From: an uncultured Ureaplasma sp.
GTDB taxonomy: Bacteria; Bacillota_I; Bacilli_A; Mycoplasmatales; Mycoplasmoidaceae
NCBI GenBank assembly: GCA_902800015.1
Contig: CADCCU010000002.1
Location: 68,650 to 92,649, forward strand
Direction of reading: 5' to 3'
DNA: 24,000 nucleotides
Position numbers and translations under genes: made by a program. Below are positions 10,137-20,116 of this stretch, in pieces; positions within the stretch are counted from its first letter, which is position 1, and every line of letters begins with the position of its first letter. The notes under the pieces are model-generated. The model did not search any database. It saw nothing but the letters and a program-made list of their open reading frames with translations, and was not told where the DNA came from.

Positions 10137-10759
10137 TTTTTAGCAACAATAACACCAACGTGTTGAATAATACGGTCGTGAAGTTTATACCCTTTAGAAA
10201 TAACCTTCTCTACATGGTCATTTTTTTGTTTAGTCTTTGTTTCAATATCGATAGCTTCCATAATTGTTGGATCAAATTTATCACCAACTTTAACGATAAT
10301 TTCTTGAACACCAATAGAGTTTAACCATGTTTTAAACATAATACTAAACATTCGAAAGCCTGCTAAAAAATTAGTAATTTTTGGATCATTATTTTCTTGG
10401 GAAATAGCTAAATCAAACTTTGAAATAATGCCTAATAATTCACCTAATGAATCAGCTAGAGCATATTTCTTTTTTTCAGATAAATCTTTTTCAAACTTAT
10501 CTTGCATTTTTTTAATTTCAGCATCTAATTGTTTTTGAGCAGTTAATGCTTTTTGGTTAATGATATTGACAAAATCCTTATTAAGTTCATCAATATGCTT
10601 ATTTTTCTTATCAATTTGTGCTTTTAAATCATTAATTAAACTCAACGCATGATCAAGTTTATTGGTTAATTCTTGATTATTTAGTTTTAAATTTTCTAGT
10701 TCATTAGTTGTTTGTTTTTTAGCTTGATTTTTACTTTTGCTTTGTTCATTATTATTCAT
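10133..10759 (-). CDS. grpE: Nucleotide exchange factor GrpE
   Basis: The 208-aa protein has an N-terminal coiled coil and a GrpE C-terminal beta domain (VEKVISKGYKLHDRIIQHVGVIVA). An AGGAG RBS is present. The gene lies immediately downstream of dnaJ. Confidence 0.9.
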   Translation of the reverse strand: MNNNEQSKSKNQAKKQTTNELENLKLNNQELTNKLDHALSLINDLKAQIDKKNKHIDELNKDFVNIINQKALTAQKQLDAEIKKMQDKFEKDLSEKKKYALADSLGELLGIISKFDLAISQENNDPKITNFLAGFRMFSIMFKTWLNSIGVQEIIVKVGDKFDPTIMEAIDIETKTKQKNDHVEKVISKGYKLHDRIIQHVGVIVAKN

Positions 10760-10777
10760 AATGTATTCTCCTTAAAA

Positions 10778-11902
10778 CTAGTTATTTTTTAATTCTTTTT
10801 CTAGCATCTTGTTATATTCTTTAACTTCGTCGTTTTCAATATTAGCTAATTCAGCAATCTTTTCTAGTTGTTTTGAATTATAATCATTTGGTCGTGAATA
10901 AACAATATTAAGTTTTAAATCACCATTAGATTGGCGTCCGAACATGTGAGATTTAATATTTTTAATACCGTAATTACTTAAAGTAATTTGTTCACCATTT
11001 GCAGTATTAGGTTTAATTTTAATTTGTTTAATTCCATATGGTGTTGGTACATTAATTAGTCCACCACAAATTGCTCGCAATGGATCAACTAAAACATTAC
11101 CAACAATAGTGTTTCCTTGACGTTTAAAAATTCTGCTTGGTTCAACAAAGACAGTAATATATAGATCGCCTTTTTTACCATCAATTTCATTACCTTTATT
11201 GTTTATAACAATAGTTTGACCATTTTCAATTCCAGCCGGAATTGTAACTTTAATTTTATCTTTAGATTCTAAATAACCTGTACCACCACATTTTGGACAT
11301 TTAGATTTTATAACCTTACCTGTACCTTTACATTTTGGACAAGTTGTTTGAGTTTGCATCATGCCAATGAATGTTCTTGTTTGGGTAACAACATAACCTC
11401 TTCCATGACATTCATCACATGTTTTAAAATCTCGGCCACCATCACCAGCACCATTTCCGTGACATTCATCACAAACTTTTTTAATAGGAATGGTAAACTC
11501 TTTTTCAGCACCAAGAACAGAATCAATGAAACTTATTGTTACTTGTGCTTGAATATTTAGTGAAAATTGTTGTCCCTTTTTACTTCGGCGTCGATTATTT
11601 CCTCCAAAGATTGATGAAAAGAAATCACCGTCTTCATCATCACCACCGAAATTAAAACTAAAGCCACCTTGCTTGCCTTGATTTCTAAAAAAACTGTTAA
11701 AAATATCAAAAGGATTGATATTTTCTCCACTAAAACCATTTTGATTTAATCCATCAAAACCAAATTGATCATATAAGTTACGTTTATTTTGATCGCTTAA
11801 TACTTGATAAGCTTCATTAATTTCTTTAAATTTTTGTTCAGCATCAGGTTCTTTGTTGCGATCAGGATGATATTTCATCGCTAATTTTCTAAATGCTCGC
11901 AC
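10778..11902 (-). CDS. dnaJ: Molecular chaperone DnaJ, main ORF (lacks J-domain helix I; opens at an internal GTG)
   Basis: [14 protein letters not shown] (HPD motif), a G/F-rich region, four CxxCxGxG zinc-finger repeats and the C-terminal domains are all present. The ORF is only open back to the GTG at 11902. The expected N-terminus is in another frame (next feature). Confidence 0.85.
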   Translation of the reverse strand: MRAFRKLAMKYHPDRNKEPDAEQKFKEINEAYQVLSDQNKRNLYDQFGFDGLNQNGFSGENINPFDIFNSFFRNQGKQGGFSFNFGGDDEDGDFFSSIFGGNNRRRSKKGQQFSLNIQAQVTISFIDSVLGAEKEFTIPIKKVCDECHGNGAGDGGRDFKTCDECHGRGYVVTQTRTFIGMMQTQTTCPKCKGTGKVIKSKCPKCGGTGYLESKDKIKVTIPAGIENGQTIVINNKGNEIDGKKGDLYITVFVEPSRIFKRQGNTIVGNVLVDPLRAICGGLINVPTPYGIKQIKIKPNTANGEQITLSNYGIKNIKSHMFGRQSNGDLKLNIVYSRPNDYNSKQLEKIAELANIENDEVKEYNKMLEKELKNN

Positions 11903-11945
11903 CTAATACTTCATAGTAATCACGTTTATTTGTATTGTTAGACAT
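11889..11945 (-). other. dnaJ: Detached N-terminal fragment of the DnaJ J-domain (18 codons plus TAG) in a different frame from the main ORF
   Basis: From the ATG at 11945 the sequence reads [18 protein letters not shown], then TAG (11891-11889). KRDYYEVLG is the canonical start of helix I of the J-domain. The main ORF resumes at (V)[13 protein letters not shown] in the +1 frame. Confidence 0.7.
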
Positions 11946-11951
11946 AATAAT

Positions 11952-11957
11952 ATTATA
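11952..11957 (-). promoter_or_regulatory. Putative -10 box (TATAAT on the minus strand) for dnaJ-grpE
   Basis: The minus strand reads TATAAT at 11957-11952. This is 8 nt downstream of CIRCE and 6 nt upstream of the ATG at 11945, with no Shine-Dalgarno sequence. Confidence 0.45.
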
Positions 11958-11965
11958 GATAATAA

Positions 11966-11992
11966 TTAGCAATCTCTACAACAAAGTGCTAA
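11966..11992. promoter_or_regulatory. CIRCE (HrcA operator) upstream of dnaJ-grpE
   Basis: The sequence is TTAGCAATC-N9-AAGTGCTAA. The consensus is TTAGCACTC-N9-GAGTGCTAA, so each arm matches 8/9. It lies 21 nt upstream of the dnaJ ATG. Confidence 0.8.
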
Positions 11993-12046
11993 TTAATATA
12001 ATATTATTGTTTATATATTTTTTATTTGTAAAATATTTATTGTTAT

Positions 12047-15000
12047 ATGTCATCAAAAAATAAGGCAAAAATAAACAAACGTAGTTTAATATCAATAATA
12101 ATTGGCTTTTTTCTTATCATAGTTGCTATCGCAAGTTTTGGAACAAGCACATTCTTTAGCATTAAAAAAAGTGTTAAAGGTGATCAATATGATTCATCAA
12201 TAAGCCTTCGATATGAGCTTGATCCTTATAAACCTGAAAACTTAGCATTAGATAGGAAAGACAATGTTGATTTAGATACACTTAAATCACAAATGAATAG
12301 CATTGCAAATGCTTATTCAATGTATTTGTTTGATAAGAAAGTCTCAAGTTCTAATATATCAACCGAAATTGTTAAAGAACAAAAGCAAAATATAAATGGT
12401 GAAACAACTGAATACTATCGTGCTTTTATTAATGCTCAAATTTATAACTATAAAATGGAATCATCTGATCCTAGTATAGGTAAAGATGATGATAGTAAAA
12501 AAGATGTTGCACTTCCTTTAGCATATTATTCTAATATGGATGTTGGTCGTTTTAGCATCATTTATTCTGACGGTTATAAAGCTAATAAAGATAATCCTGA
12601 TGAAGATACTTTTAAAAAAGCTAATTTATACATGTGGGACATCAATCAGGATGATGATGAAAGTTTAACTGATGCTAATAGCAAAATTAAATTTGATGAA
12701 AAACAAAACAAAATCAACATTCAATTACGATCTCAATTTTCATTTGGCAAAAAGAATAATGATCAGTATACTGATAATTCAATAAAGCAAACATTTTATA
12801 AAGCAAAAAATCCAGATAGTACTGATGATCCTGAAAATACTCCTTTCATGTTAATCATTCATAATTTTAATGGCATGATTAATGAAATGAACTTTATCAC
12901 TTATGTTTGATATCAATATAAAGTTCAACATAAATATGATGCTGAAGTTAAAGATGCATATTGGCAATTAACTGACGATCAACGTGATTTTGCTCAAAGT
13001 ATGTATAATAATGGCAAAAATCAAAAAATCGATAACTCTGGTTTTATTGATAATTACAGATTTGAAGATACACATGGATTTCAAAAAAATATCACTGATC
13101 CATTAGAACAAAAGAAATTAGAACCTCAAACTAATAGTGTGATTACATTTGATAGTTCAAATATTTTTTATGCCTTACAAGATGACATTACAAGTCAAAA
13201 TGTTGAAGTTGGTAAAACAAATTCTTTAAGTTATGATTTTTTAAACAAATATATTGTTGGAATAGTTAATAAAGATAACTATACTGATTATTTGCCTGAT
13301 AAAAATCCAACAAAAACAACTGTTGATTCTGATGGCAATTGGTTAACAATATCAAATACTTCAAATAAATATTTTACAACTGAACAATTATATAAATCAA
13401 TGACTGATCAAAAGTTATCTTTGCCATTGATGAATATTTTGTATCCATCATGAGCAGATTCACGAGATGAAAGTAGAATCATAGAAAACGGTATTACTTC
13501 AAATGTTAATGTCTCATTGATTAATCCTGATTTTAACAAATCAGCATTACAAATTAGTAATGCATCATTAACAACTTTAATCGCAATTATTGCTTTAATG
13601 TTAATTATTGGTATTATGGTATCAATTTTATACCGCGTACCTGGATTTGTTTCATTCATTTGAATGATTTTGCCTGTTGGTTTGTTACCATTAATCATGT
13701 TTTTAAGTGGTTTCGGCCTTTCATTATGTTTATTAATTGGTATTTTGATAACAATGATAGTTTCATCTACTGGAATGATATGTCTTTTAAACAAAATTAA
13801 GTCTAACCATGTTAAACATAAGACTTTAAACCAATCAATAAAATTTTGTTTTAAGCATTCATTATTAACTATATTGGATTTTCATGTTATTAGTTTAATT
13901 GCTGGTGCTGTAATGTTGCTTTTCCCAATTGGACAAATATTTGCTTTAGGTATTTGTTTAATTGTAGGATCTATATTATCATTTGTGACAATTTGAGGAT
14001 TTAACTATTTAACTCAAATGTTAATCTTCAATAATAAAATTGGCATGTATAACTTTAAATGGTTATCTAAGAATGTTTATGATATTAATTCTGATAATAT
14101 GGATAAACGATTTGAAATTTCTACACCAACTACAGTTCAAAAACATATTAACTCTGGATTAAATAATAATAGTTACATTAGTCAAATTACAATTCATAAT
14201 GATCTAAGTTTTCAAAAGAAATGGTTTATTCCATACATACTTATCGCAATTGCTTTAATTGTTCTTGGTTTTGTTTTAGCATTTGTTTTTAATAAAATTA
14301 ATTTGAGTGGTTTTAGTGCTGGAACTCAATTAATGATTAAAAATGTAGATGATATTACCCAACAAAAAATTATGACTGCATTAAATACACTTAATGTCAC
14401 TTGGTTTAACTTCAAAGCTAATGCTGATTATTTCACCATCAGTACATCTGCTGTATTTAGTTTAGGTACTACTGAATATAATGATTTGGTAAATGCTTTA
14501 ATAAGCAACAATATTACTACTTACTTCATTCAAAATTTTGATAGTAAAATTACTGTTAACTTTACTTTAAACAGCTTGTGAATTTTATTATCATTTGTGG
14601 CATTAATGTCAATCTATACATTGATTAGATATAACTGATATAGTATTATTCCTACTTTTGGTAGTTTTATATTAACTTGCTTATTAACATTTGGATTAAT
14701 AGCTATATGTCATATTCCTGTAGATATTTATTCAAGTCATGCCTTCATTATGATTGGTGTCATAAACTATATACTAATGTATGCTGTGCTTTCAGCAATT
14801 GCACCAAAATATATAAAAATTAATCCAACACTATATAACGATTTAAAAAGTCTATATATTTATTCATTAACCTTATTTAATGAATGTTTTATTGAGATTG
14901 TTAGCTTACACTTGGTAATCATTGTGGTAATGCTTTTATTCTTACCTACTGCAGCAATATTCTTTATAGTTAACATTTTAATTGGTATATTAGTTATGTC

Positions 15001-15178
15001 ATTAAATACTAATATTGTTTTGCCACAATTTATGTATTGGTTTAATAACTGACATAACATGTACCGAATTCGTGTAAGAAGAATTCAATTAGCAACTGAC
15101 AAAAACAACTTAGATAAAATTGATGAAGAATTAATTGACACAATTAACATAAATACAAGAAAGAGAGAAACAGACTAA
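12047..15178 (+). CDS. secDF: Protein translocase subunit SecDF (fused, 1043 aa)
   Basis: Five track ORFs (12047, 13001, 13664, 14018, 14750) share one frame. They are joined only by TGA codons, and I read through all joints. The layout is an N-terminal TM helix, a large ectodomain, a TM cluster with ILYRVPGFVSFIW (SecD-like), a second ectodomain with LSGFSAGTQLMIK (SecF GxxFxGGT-like), and a second TM cluster. The gene ends at TAA 15176-15178. Confidence 0.75.
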
Positions 15179-15181
15179 ATT

Positions 15182-15751
15182 ATGAAAAAACAAATAAAAA
15201 AAGAAACAACTAAAAAACAAACAATAGATCAATTACTAAATGAACACATAATTTGTGTAAAGGATTATCCAATAAAAGGCGTATTATTTAGAGATTTAAC
15301 ACCTGTTTTAGCTAATAGTCGTCTATTTACACAAGCAATTGATGAATTATATTCACGTACCGCAAATTTAAAATATGATGCTATTCTTTCGCCTGAATCA
15401 CGTGGATTTTGATTTGGTTTGCCTCTTGCGAACAAGGCACAAGTTAGCTTTGTACCTGTAAGAAAGCCTGGTAAATTACCACGTAAAGTGTATTCTGCAA
15501 AATATACACTTGAATATGGCACTAATGAATTGCAAATTCATGCTGATGCTTTAAAACCAGGAGCAAGGGTTTTAATAGTTGATGACGTTGTTGCTACAGG
15601 TGGTACAATTAAAGCTATTTATCAATTAGTTAAAAAATCAAAAGCAAAAGTTGTTGGTGTAGCAGCGTTAGCAAATTTAAAAGCATTAAAAGGTCAAGAA
15701 ACAATTAAGAAACTTGGTATTAAAAAAAGTATTTATTTATTAGATTTCTAA
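15182..15751 (+). CDS. apt: Adenine phosphoribosyltransferase
   Basis: DYPIKGVLFRDLTPVL, SPESRGFWFG (TGA-Trp at 15410) and the PRPP-binding loop VLIVDDVVATGGT are present. Length is 189 aa. Confidence 0.92.
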
Positions 15752-15758
15752 TAAAGTA

Positions 15759-15832
15759 GCTGAATTAGTTTAGTGGTAAAATAAGTGAATGGTAATCACT
15801 TGCCTCAAGTTCGATTCTTGAATTCAGCACCA
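15759..15832 (+). tRNA. tRNA-Thr (anticodon GGT)
   Basis: I folded the cloverleaf by hand. The acceptor stem is GCTGAAT/ATTCAGC. The anticodon stem is AGTGA/TCACT with loop ATGGTAA. The T arm is TCAAG-TTCGATT-CTTGA. A 3' CCA is encoded. Length is 74 nt. Confidence 0.85.
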
Positions 15833-15838
15833 TACAAG

Positions 15839-15913
15839 TGGGTAGTAGCCAAGCGGTAAGGCATCTGACTCTGAATCAGATATGCATTGGTTCGAATCCA
15901 ATCTACCCAGCCA
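15839..15913 (+). tRNA. tRNA-Gln (anticodon CTG as read)
   Basis: The acceptor stem is TGGGTAG/CTACCCA with U1:A72 and a G73 discriminator, which are Gln identity features. The D arm is GCC-AAGCGGTAA-GGC. The anticodon stem is TCTGA/TCAGA with loop CTCTGAA. The T arm is ATTGG-TTCGAAT-CCAAT. CCA is encoded. Length is 75 nt. Confidence 0.85.
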
Positions 15914-15921
15914 TATAGTTG

Positions 15922-15950
15922 AATGTAACCATTTTTGGTTACATTTTTAT
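15922..15950 (+). terminator. Rho-independent terminator after the tRNA pair
   Basis: The stem AATGTAACCA (15922-15931) pairs with TGGTTACATT (15936-15945) around a TTTT loop. TTTAT follows. Confidence 0.65.
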
Positions 15951-15970
15951 TTGTCTATAAAATATATATA

Positions 15971-15976
15971 TATAAT
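15971..15976 (+). promoter_or_regulatory. Putative -10 box (TATAAT) for the rpsP-trmD-rplS operon
   Basis: TATAAT lies at the end of an (AT)6 run (15962-15973), 35 nt upstream of the rpsP start. Confidence 0.4.
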
Positions 15977-16010
15977 ATCACTTAGTAATTTTATTTATGG
16001 AGGTACTAAA

Positions 16011-16355
16011 TTGGTAAAGATTCGTTTAACAAGACTAGGTAAACATAAGAATCCATTTTATCGAATTGTCGCTGTTGATTCACGACGAAAAAGAGATGGT
16101 AGTTATCTAGCATTAGTTGGTACATATGAACCTTTTTCAGGTAAAGTTATTTTAAAAACTGATATAATTTTAGATCTATTATCTAAAGGTGCTGTACCAA
16201 GTGAAACTGTTGCTAACCTTTTCAAACAAAAAGGTGTGTTACAACAATTTGCACAAACACAAAAAAAGCCTGCTAAAAAAACTAAAAAAGCAAGAAAAAC
16301 AAAAACTAATAGCAAGACTAAAAAAACTGATAAAGTTGAAGAAATTAAAAAGTAA
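16011..16355 (+). CDS. rpsP: 30S ribosomal protein S16 (TTG start, Lys-rich C-terminal tail)
   Basis: A GGAGG RBS (15999-16003) precedes TTG at 16011. The translation (VKIRLTRLGKHKNPFYRIVAVDSRRKRDG) is the canonical S16 N-terminus. The track ORF start at 15882 overlaps tRNA-Gln and is rejected. Confidence 0.9.
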   Translation: MVKIRLTRLGKHKNPFYRIVAVDSRRKRDGSYLALVGTYEPFSGKVILKTDIILDLLSKGAVPSETVANLFKQKGVLQQFAQTQKKPAKKTKKARKTKTNSKTKKTDKVEEIKK

Positions 16356-16357
16356 TT

Positions 16358-17044
16358 GTGAAAATTTCTATCCTTACGCTTTTTCCTGAATTATTTAAGG
16401 ATTTTGTCAATACTTCAATAATCTCTCATAGTCTAACTAAAGAAATTAATGAGATTGAAATAATTAATTTTCGGGAATATTCAAAAGACCCTCATAAACG
16501 TGTTGATGATTATCAATATGGTGGTGGTGCTGGCATGGTAATTGGCTTACAAGCAATTATTGATTGCTTGGAAGATGTTAAAAGCAAAGATTCACATGTA
16601 GTACTATTAAGCCCACAAGGTGTAACATATAATCAAACAATTGCAAAAAAGTTTAGTAAATATAAACATTTAATTCTTATTTGTGGTCATTATGAAGGCT
16701 TTGATGAAAGGATAATCAACTTTGTTGATGAAGTAATTTCTATTGGTGACTATATTTTAACAGGTGGGGAAATCCCAGCGATGATAGTTGCTGATAGTTG
16801 CATACGTTTGGTTGCTGATACTATTAATCATGATTCATTGTTATGTGAATCATTTGAAAATAATCTCTTAGATTATCCAGTATATACCAAACCTAAAAAT
16901 TTTCGAGGATATAAAGTACCTGAGGTTTTAATTTCTGGCAATCATCAGAAAATTGCTCAGTGACGAAAACAACAACAAATACTTAAAACGAAAAAGAATC
17001 GTACTGATTTGTATAAAAAATATTTAAAATCTAAAGATAAATAG
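16358..17044 (+). CDS. trmD: tRNA (guanine37-N1)-methyltransferase TrmD
   Basis: The start is GTG at 16358. The translation (MKISILTLFPELF...YQYGGGAGMV...ISIGDYILTGGEIPAMIVADS) matches TrmD. It extends through TGA 16961 to TAG 17042-17044. Length is 228 aa. Confidence 0.92.
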
Positions 17045-17053
17045 GAGCTAATT

Positions 17054-17443
17054 ATGGCAAACAAGAAAAGTAACACTGAAATTCTAAATTCAATTCAAAA
17101 AGCACAATTACGTGATGACTTACCAGAAATTCATACTGGTGATACAGTTTCTGTATATTTAAAGATTATTGAAGGTGCAAAAACCCGAGCACAACGTTTT
17201 GATGGTATAGTATTACGTGTTAGAGGTAAAGGATTAGGTAAAACATTTACTATCCGTAAAGAAAGTTATGGTATTGGTGTTGAAGAAACATTCCCATATC
17301 ATTCACCATTAATTGTTAAGATTGATGTTCAAAAACATGGTAAAGTACGCCGTTCATATATAACATATATGCGTCACCGTTCAGGTAAATTTGCTAAGAT
17401 TAAGACTAAAACTGTTAGCAAAGAAACAAAGTCAAAAAAATAA
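17054..17443 (+). CDS. rplS: 50S ribosomal protein L19
   Basis: An AGGAG RBS is present. The translation (HTGDTVSVYLKIIEGAKTRAQRFDGIVL...RRSYITYMR) is typical L19. Confidence 0.95.
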   Translation: MANKKSNTEILNSIQKAQLRDDLPEIHTGDTVSVYLKIIEGAKTRAQRFDGIVLRVRGKGLGKTFTIRKESYGIGVEETFPYHSPLIVKIDVQKHGKVRRSYITYMRHRSGKFAKIKTKTVSKETKSKK

Positions 17444-17471
17444 TTTAAACTATTTTATTTTTTAGCTAAAC

Positions 17472-20051
17472 ATGTACAAAGCAAAACCATATAATCATAA
17501 ATTAATTAGCAAAGATTGATATGCTTTTTGGAAGAAAAATAACTTATTTGAACCAGATAGCAAGTCAAAGGCTAAAAATTTTAGTATTATTCTACCACCA
17601 CCTAATATTACTGGCCATTTACATTTAGGTCATGCTTTAGATGGAACAATTCAAGATGTATTAATTCGTTATAAAAGATTATGTGGATATAATGTTTGTT
17701 GGTTTCCAGGCACTGATCATGCAGGAATTTCTGCCCAAACAAAATTTGATAAAGTCGCTAAAGAAAAAAAAATAAGTTTCAAAAATCAAACTGATTATTT
17801 AAACCAGTTAAAAACATGAGTAGCTAGTCAAAAACAACACATTCATAACCAATGACAACAATTAGGATTTGCTTTGAGTTATCAAAATGAGTCTTATACT
17901 TTAGACCCAAATGTTAATAAACTATGCAACCAGGTATTTATTGACTTATACAACAAAGATTTAATCTATCGAGATTATAAGCTTATTAATTGGGATATTA
18001 AATTAAAGACTGCAATTTCTGATATTGAAGTTGTTTATAAAGAAACAAAATCAAAAATGTACTACTTTAAATATTTTATTGATGGTACTAAAGATTTTTT
18101 GACTGTAGCTACAACCAGACCAGAAACAATGTTTGGCGATACAAACCTTGTTATAAATCCTCGAGATAAAAGATATAAAAAATATTTAAATAAATATGCA
18201 ATCAATCCTGTTAATAACGAAAAGTTATTAATTATTGGTGATGAATATGTTGATATGAAATTTGGTACCGGAGTAATGAAGTGCACTCCTGCTCATGATT
18301 TTAATGACTATGAATTAGCTAAAAGACATAATATAAAAGATTATCATTCAATTATGAATGATGATGGTACATTAAATGAATATTGTGTAATTAATAAAAC
18401 TTCCTATCAAAATATTGACCGTTTGCAAGCAAGAGACAAAATTGTTGACCAGCTTAAAACAAAAGATTTATTAATTAAAATTGAAGAACATATAAACAAT
18501 GTTGGTTATAGTGAAAGAACTGGAGAAGTTGTTGAACCTTTACTTTCAAAACAATGGTTTGTAAAAATGAAACCAATTGTTGAACAATTGCAAACTAAAT
18601 TAGCTAAACAAAACGAATTGAAATTTTATCCTGCACGTTTTGAAAAAACATTAAATACTTGACTTGATAATATTAATGATTGGTGTATATCACGTCAATT
18701 AATATGAGGACATCAAATTCCTGCTTATTACAACAAAAATAAAATATATGTAGGATTAAAACCTAAAGAAGGTTATGTCCAAGATAAAGATGTACTTGAT
18801 ACATGATTTTCTTCAGGTTTATGACCAATTGTTGTAACTAAATACAACATCCATGGTAATATGTCATCATATTACCCTATTGATGTTTTGGTTACAGCTT
18901 ATGATATTTTATTTTTCTGAATAGCTAGAATGTTATTTCAGTGTAATGATTTATCTAATCATTTACCTTTTAAAAAAATTTTAATTCATGGCTTAATTCG
19001 TGATGAATTAAATCGTAAGATGTCAAAATCACTAGGTAATGGTATTGAACCCGAAGAAGTTATTGAACAGTTTGGTGCTGACGCATTAAGGTTATACTTA
19101 ATGTTTAATACAACTATGGGTGAAGATGTAAGGTTTTCAATGAATAAAATTGCTTACATGTCAAACTTTTTAAATAAAGTTTGAAATATCCATAATTATT
19201 TAGAACAATATGATACAAAAGTAAAATTATCCAAAATTGTTTATCCATTGAATAAATGGATTTATTGACAATTTAATCAACTTGTTGTTAAAACAACTTC
19301 TTTATATGAAAAATTTAACTTCTCAATCTTAGTTAAAGATTTAATTAATTTTATTTGGGATACATATGCTAATTGTTATTTGGAATTAATTAACCCATTA
19401 TTGAATGATCGCCAATATCGAGATGAAACTATAGCAGTAAGCAAATATATTTTTAAAAATATATTAATAATGTTGCATCCATTTGCCCCATTTATTACTG
19501 AAAACATTTACCAAATAATGTTTCATAATCAAATTTCTATTCTTAATGAAAGAATATTTAAAGCTGATAAACGTTTATTAGATAACAAGGCTAATAAATT
19601 AGTTGCAAAATTAATCCCTATTGTTAATAAAATAAGAGAATTAAGAATTAAAAATCATATTAAAAAAGATGTTAATATCAATATTAACATCATCGATAAG
19701 AATTTAATTAATGAACAAAAATTTGTAGTTTCTTTTTTGAATAACTACAAAATCGTTGTTAATAAAATTGATAGTAAACGAATTAATAGTGAATGAGATA
19801 TTATTAATTTAGATAGTTCAATTATTGAATATCATAATACTTTTGTTTCTAAGACAAATGAATTAGCTAAATTGAATAAGCAAAAATTATATTTAGAAGC
19901 TGAAATAAAGCGCTCTGAGCAAATCTTAGCTAATAAAAACTTTATTGCTAAAGCACCTAAACAAAAAGTTGATCTTGAAAAAACTAAATACAAAAAATAT
20001 AAAGAAGACTACCAATTTATAATAAATGAAATAAATAAAATTAAGCAGTAA
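17472..20051 (+). CDS. valS: Valine--tRNA ligase
   Basis: The HIGH motif (PPPNITGHLHLGH), the KMSKS motif, WCISRQLIWGH and a C-terminal coiled coil with NFIAKAP are present. The track fragments (17874, 18930, 19380) and the untracked N- and C-termini all share one frame through about 13 TGA codons, and I read all joints. Length is 859 aa. Confidence 0.95.
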
Positions 20052-20104
20052 ATTTACCAGAATTTTTTGCTATTATTTCAATATTTTTTTATTATGGTTT
20101 GTTT

Positions 20105-20110
20105 TAAAAT
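20105..20110 (+). promoter_or_regulatory. Putative -10 box (TAAAAT) 6 nt upstream of the sigma-factor ATG (leaderless candidate)
   Basis: TAAAAT lies at 20105-20110 and the ATG at 20117, with no Shine-Dalgarno sequence. Confidence 0.35.
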
Positions 20111-20116
20111 AATTTC

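Noticed and set aside
11348-11739. Track ORFs 11348-11560(+) and 11557-11739(-) within dnaJ
   Set aside because: They overlap the zinc-finger and G/F regions of dnaJ in other frames. They are artefacts of AT-rich sequence.
13408-15060. Track ORFs 13408-13794(-) and 14860-15060(-), antisense to secDF
   Set aside because: They lie wholly inside the continuous 1043-codon secDF frame and have no independent support.
15265-15522. Track ORF 15265-15522(-), antisense to apt
   Set aside because: The opposite strand encodes an unmistakable APRT with its PRPP loop, so this is a shadow ORF.
15962-15973. (AT)6 run in the rpsP promoter as a second phase-variation repeat
   Set aside because: It is short and lies upstream of an essential ribosomal operon. 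It is most simply part of a TATAAT-containing AT-rich promoter, and nothing indicates variability.
15882-16010. N-terminal extension of the rpsP track ORF (start at 15882)
   Set aside because: The extension overlaps tRNA-Gln and the terminator hairpin. The canonical S16 N-terminus begins at TTG 16011, behind a GGAGG RBS.
16103-16389. Track ORFs 16103-16315(-) and 16189-16389(+) over the rpsP 3' end
   Set aside because: They are off-frame readings of the Lys-rich (AAA-rich) S16 tail and have no support.
18062-18286. Track ORF 18062-18286(-), antisense to valS
   Set aside because: It is a shadow ORF inside a continuous, motif-rich ValRS frame.
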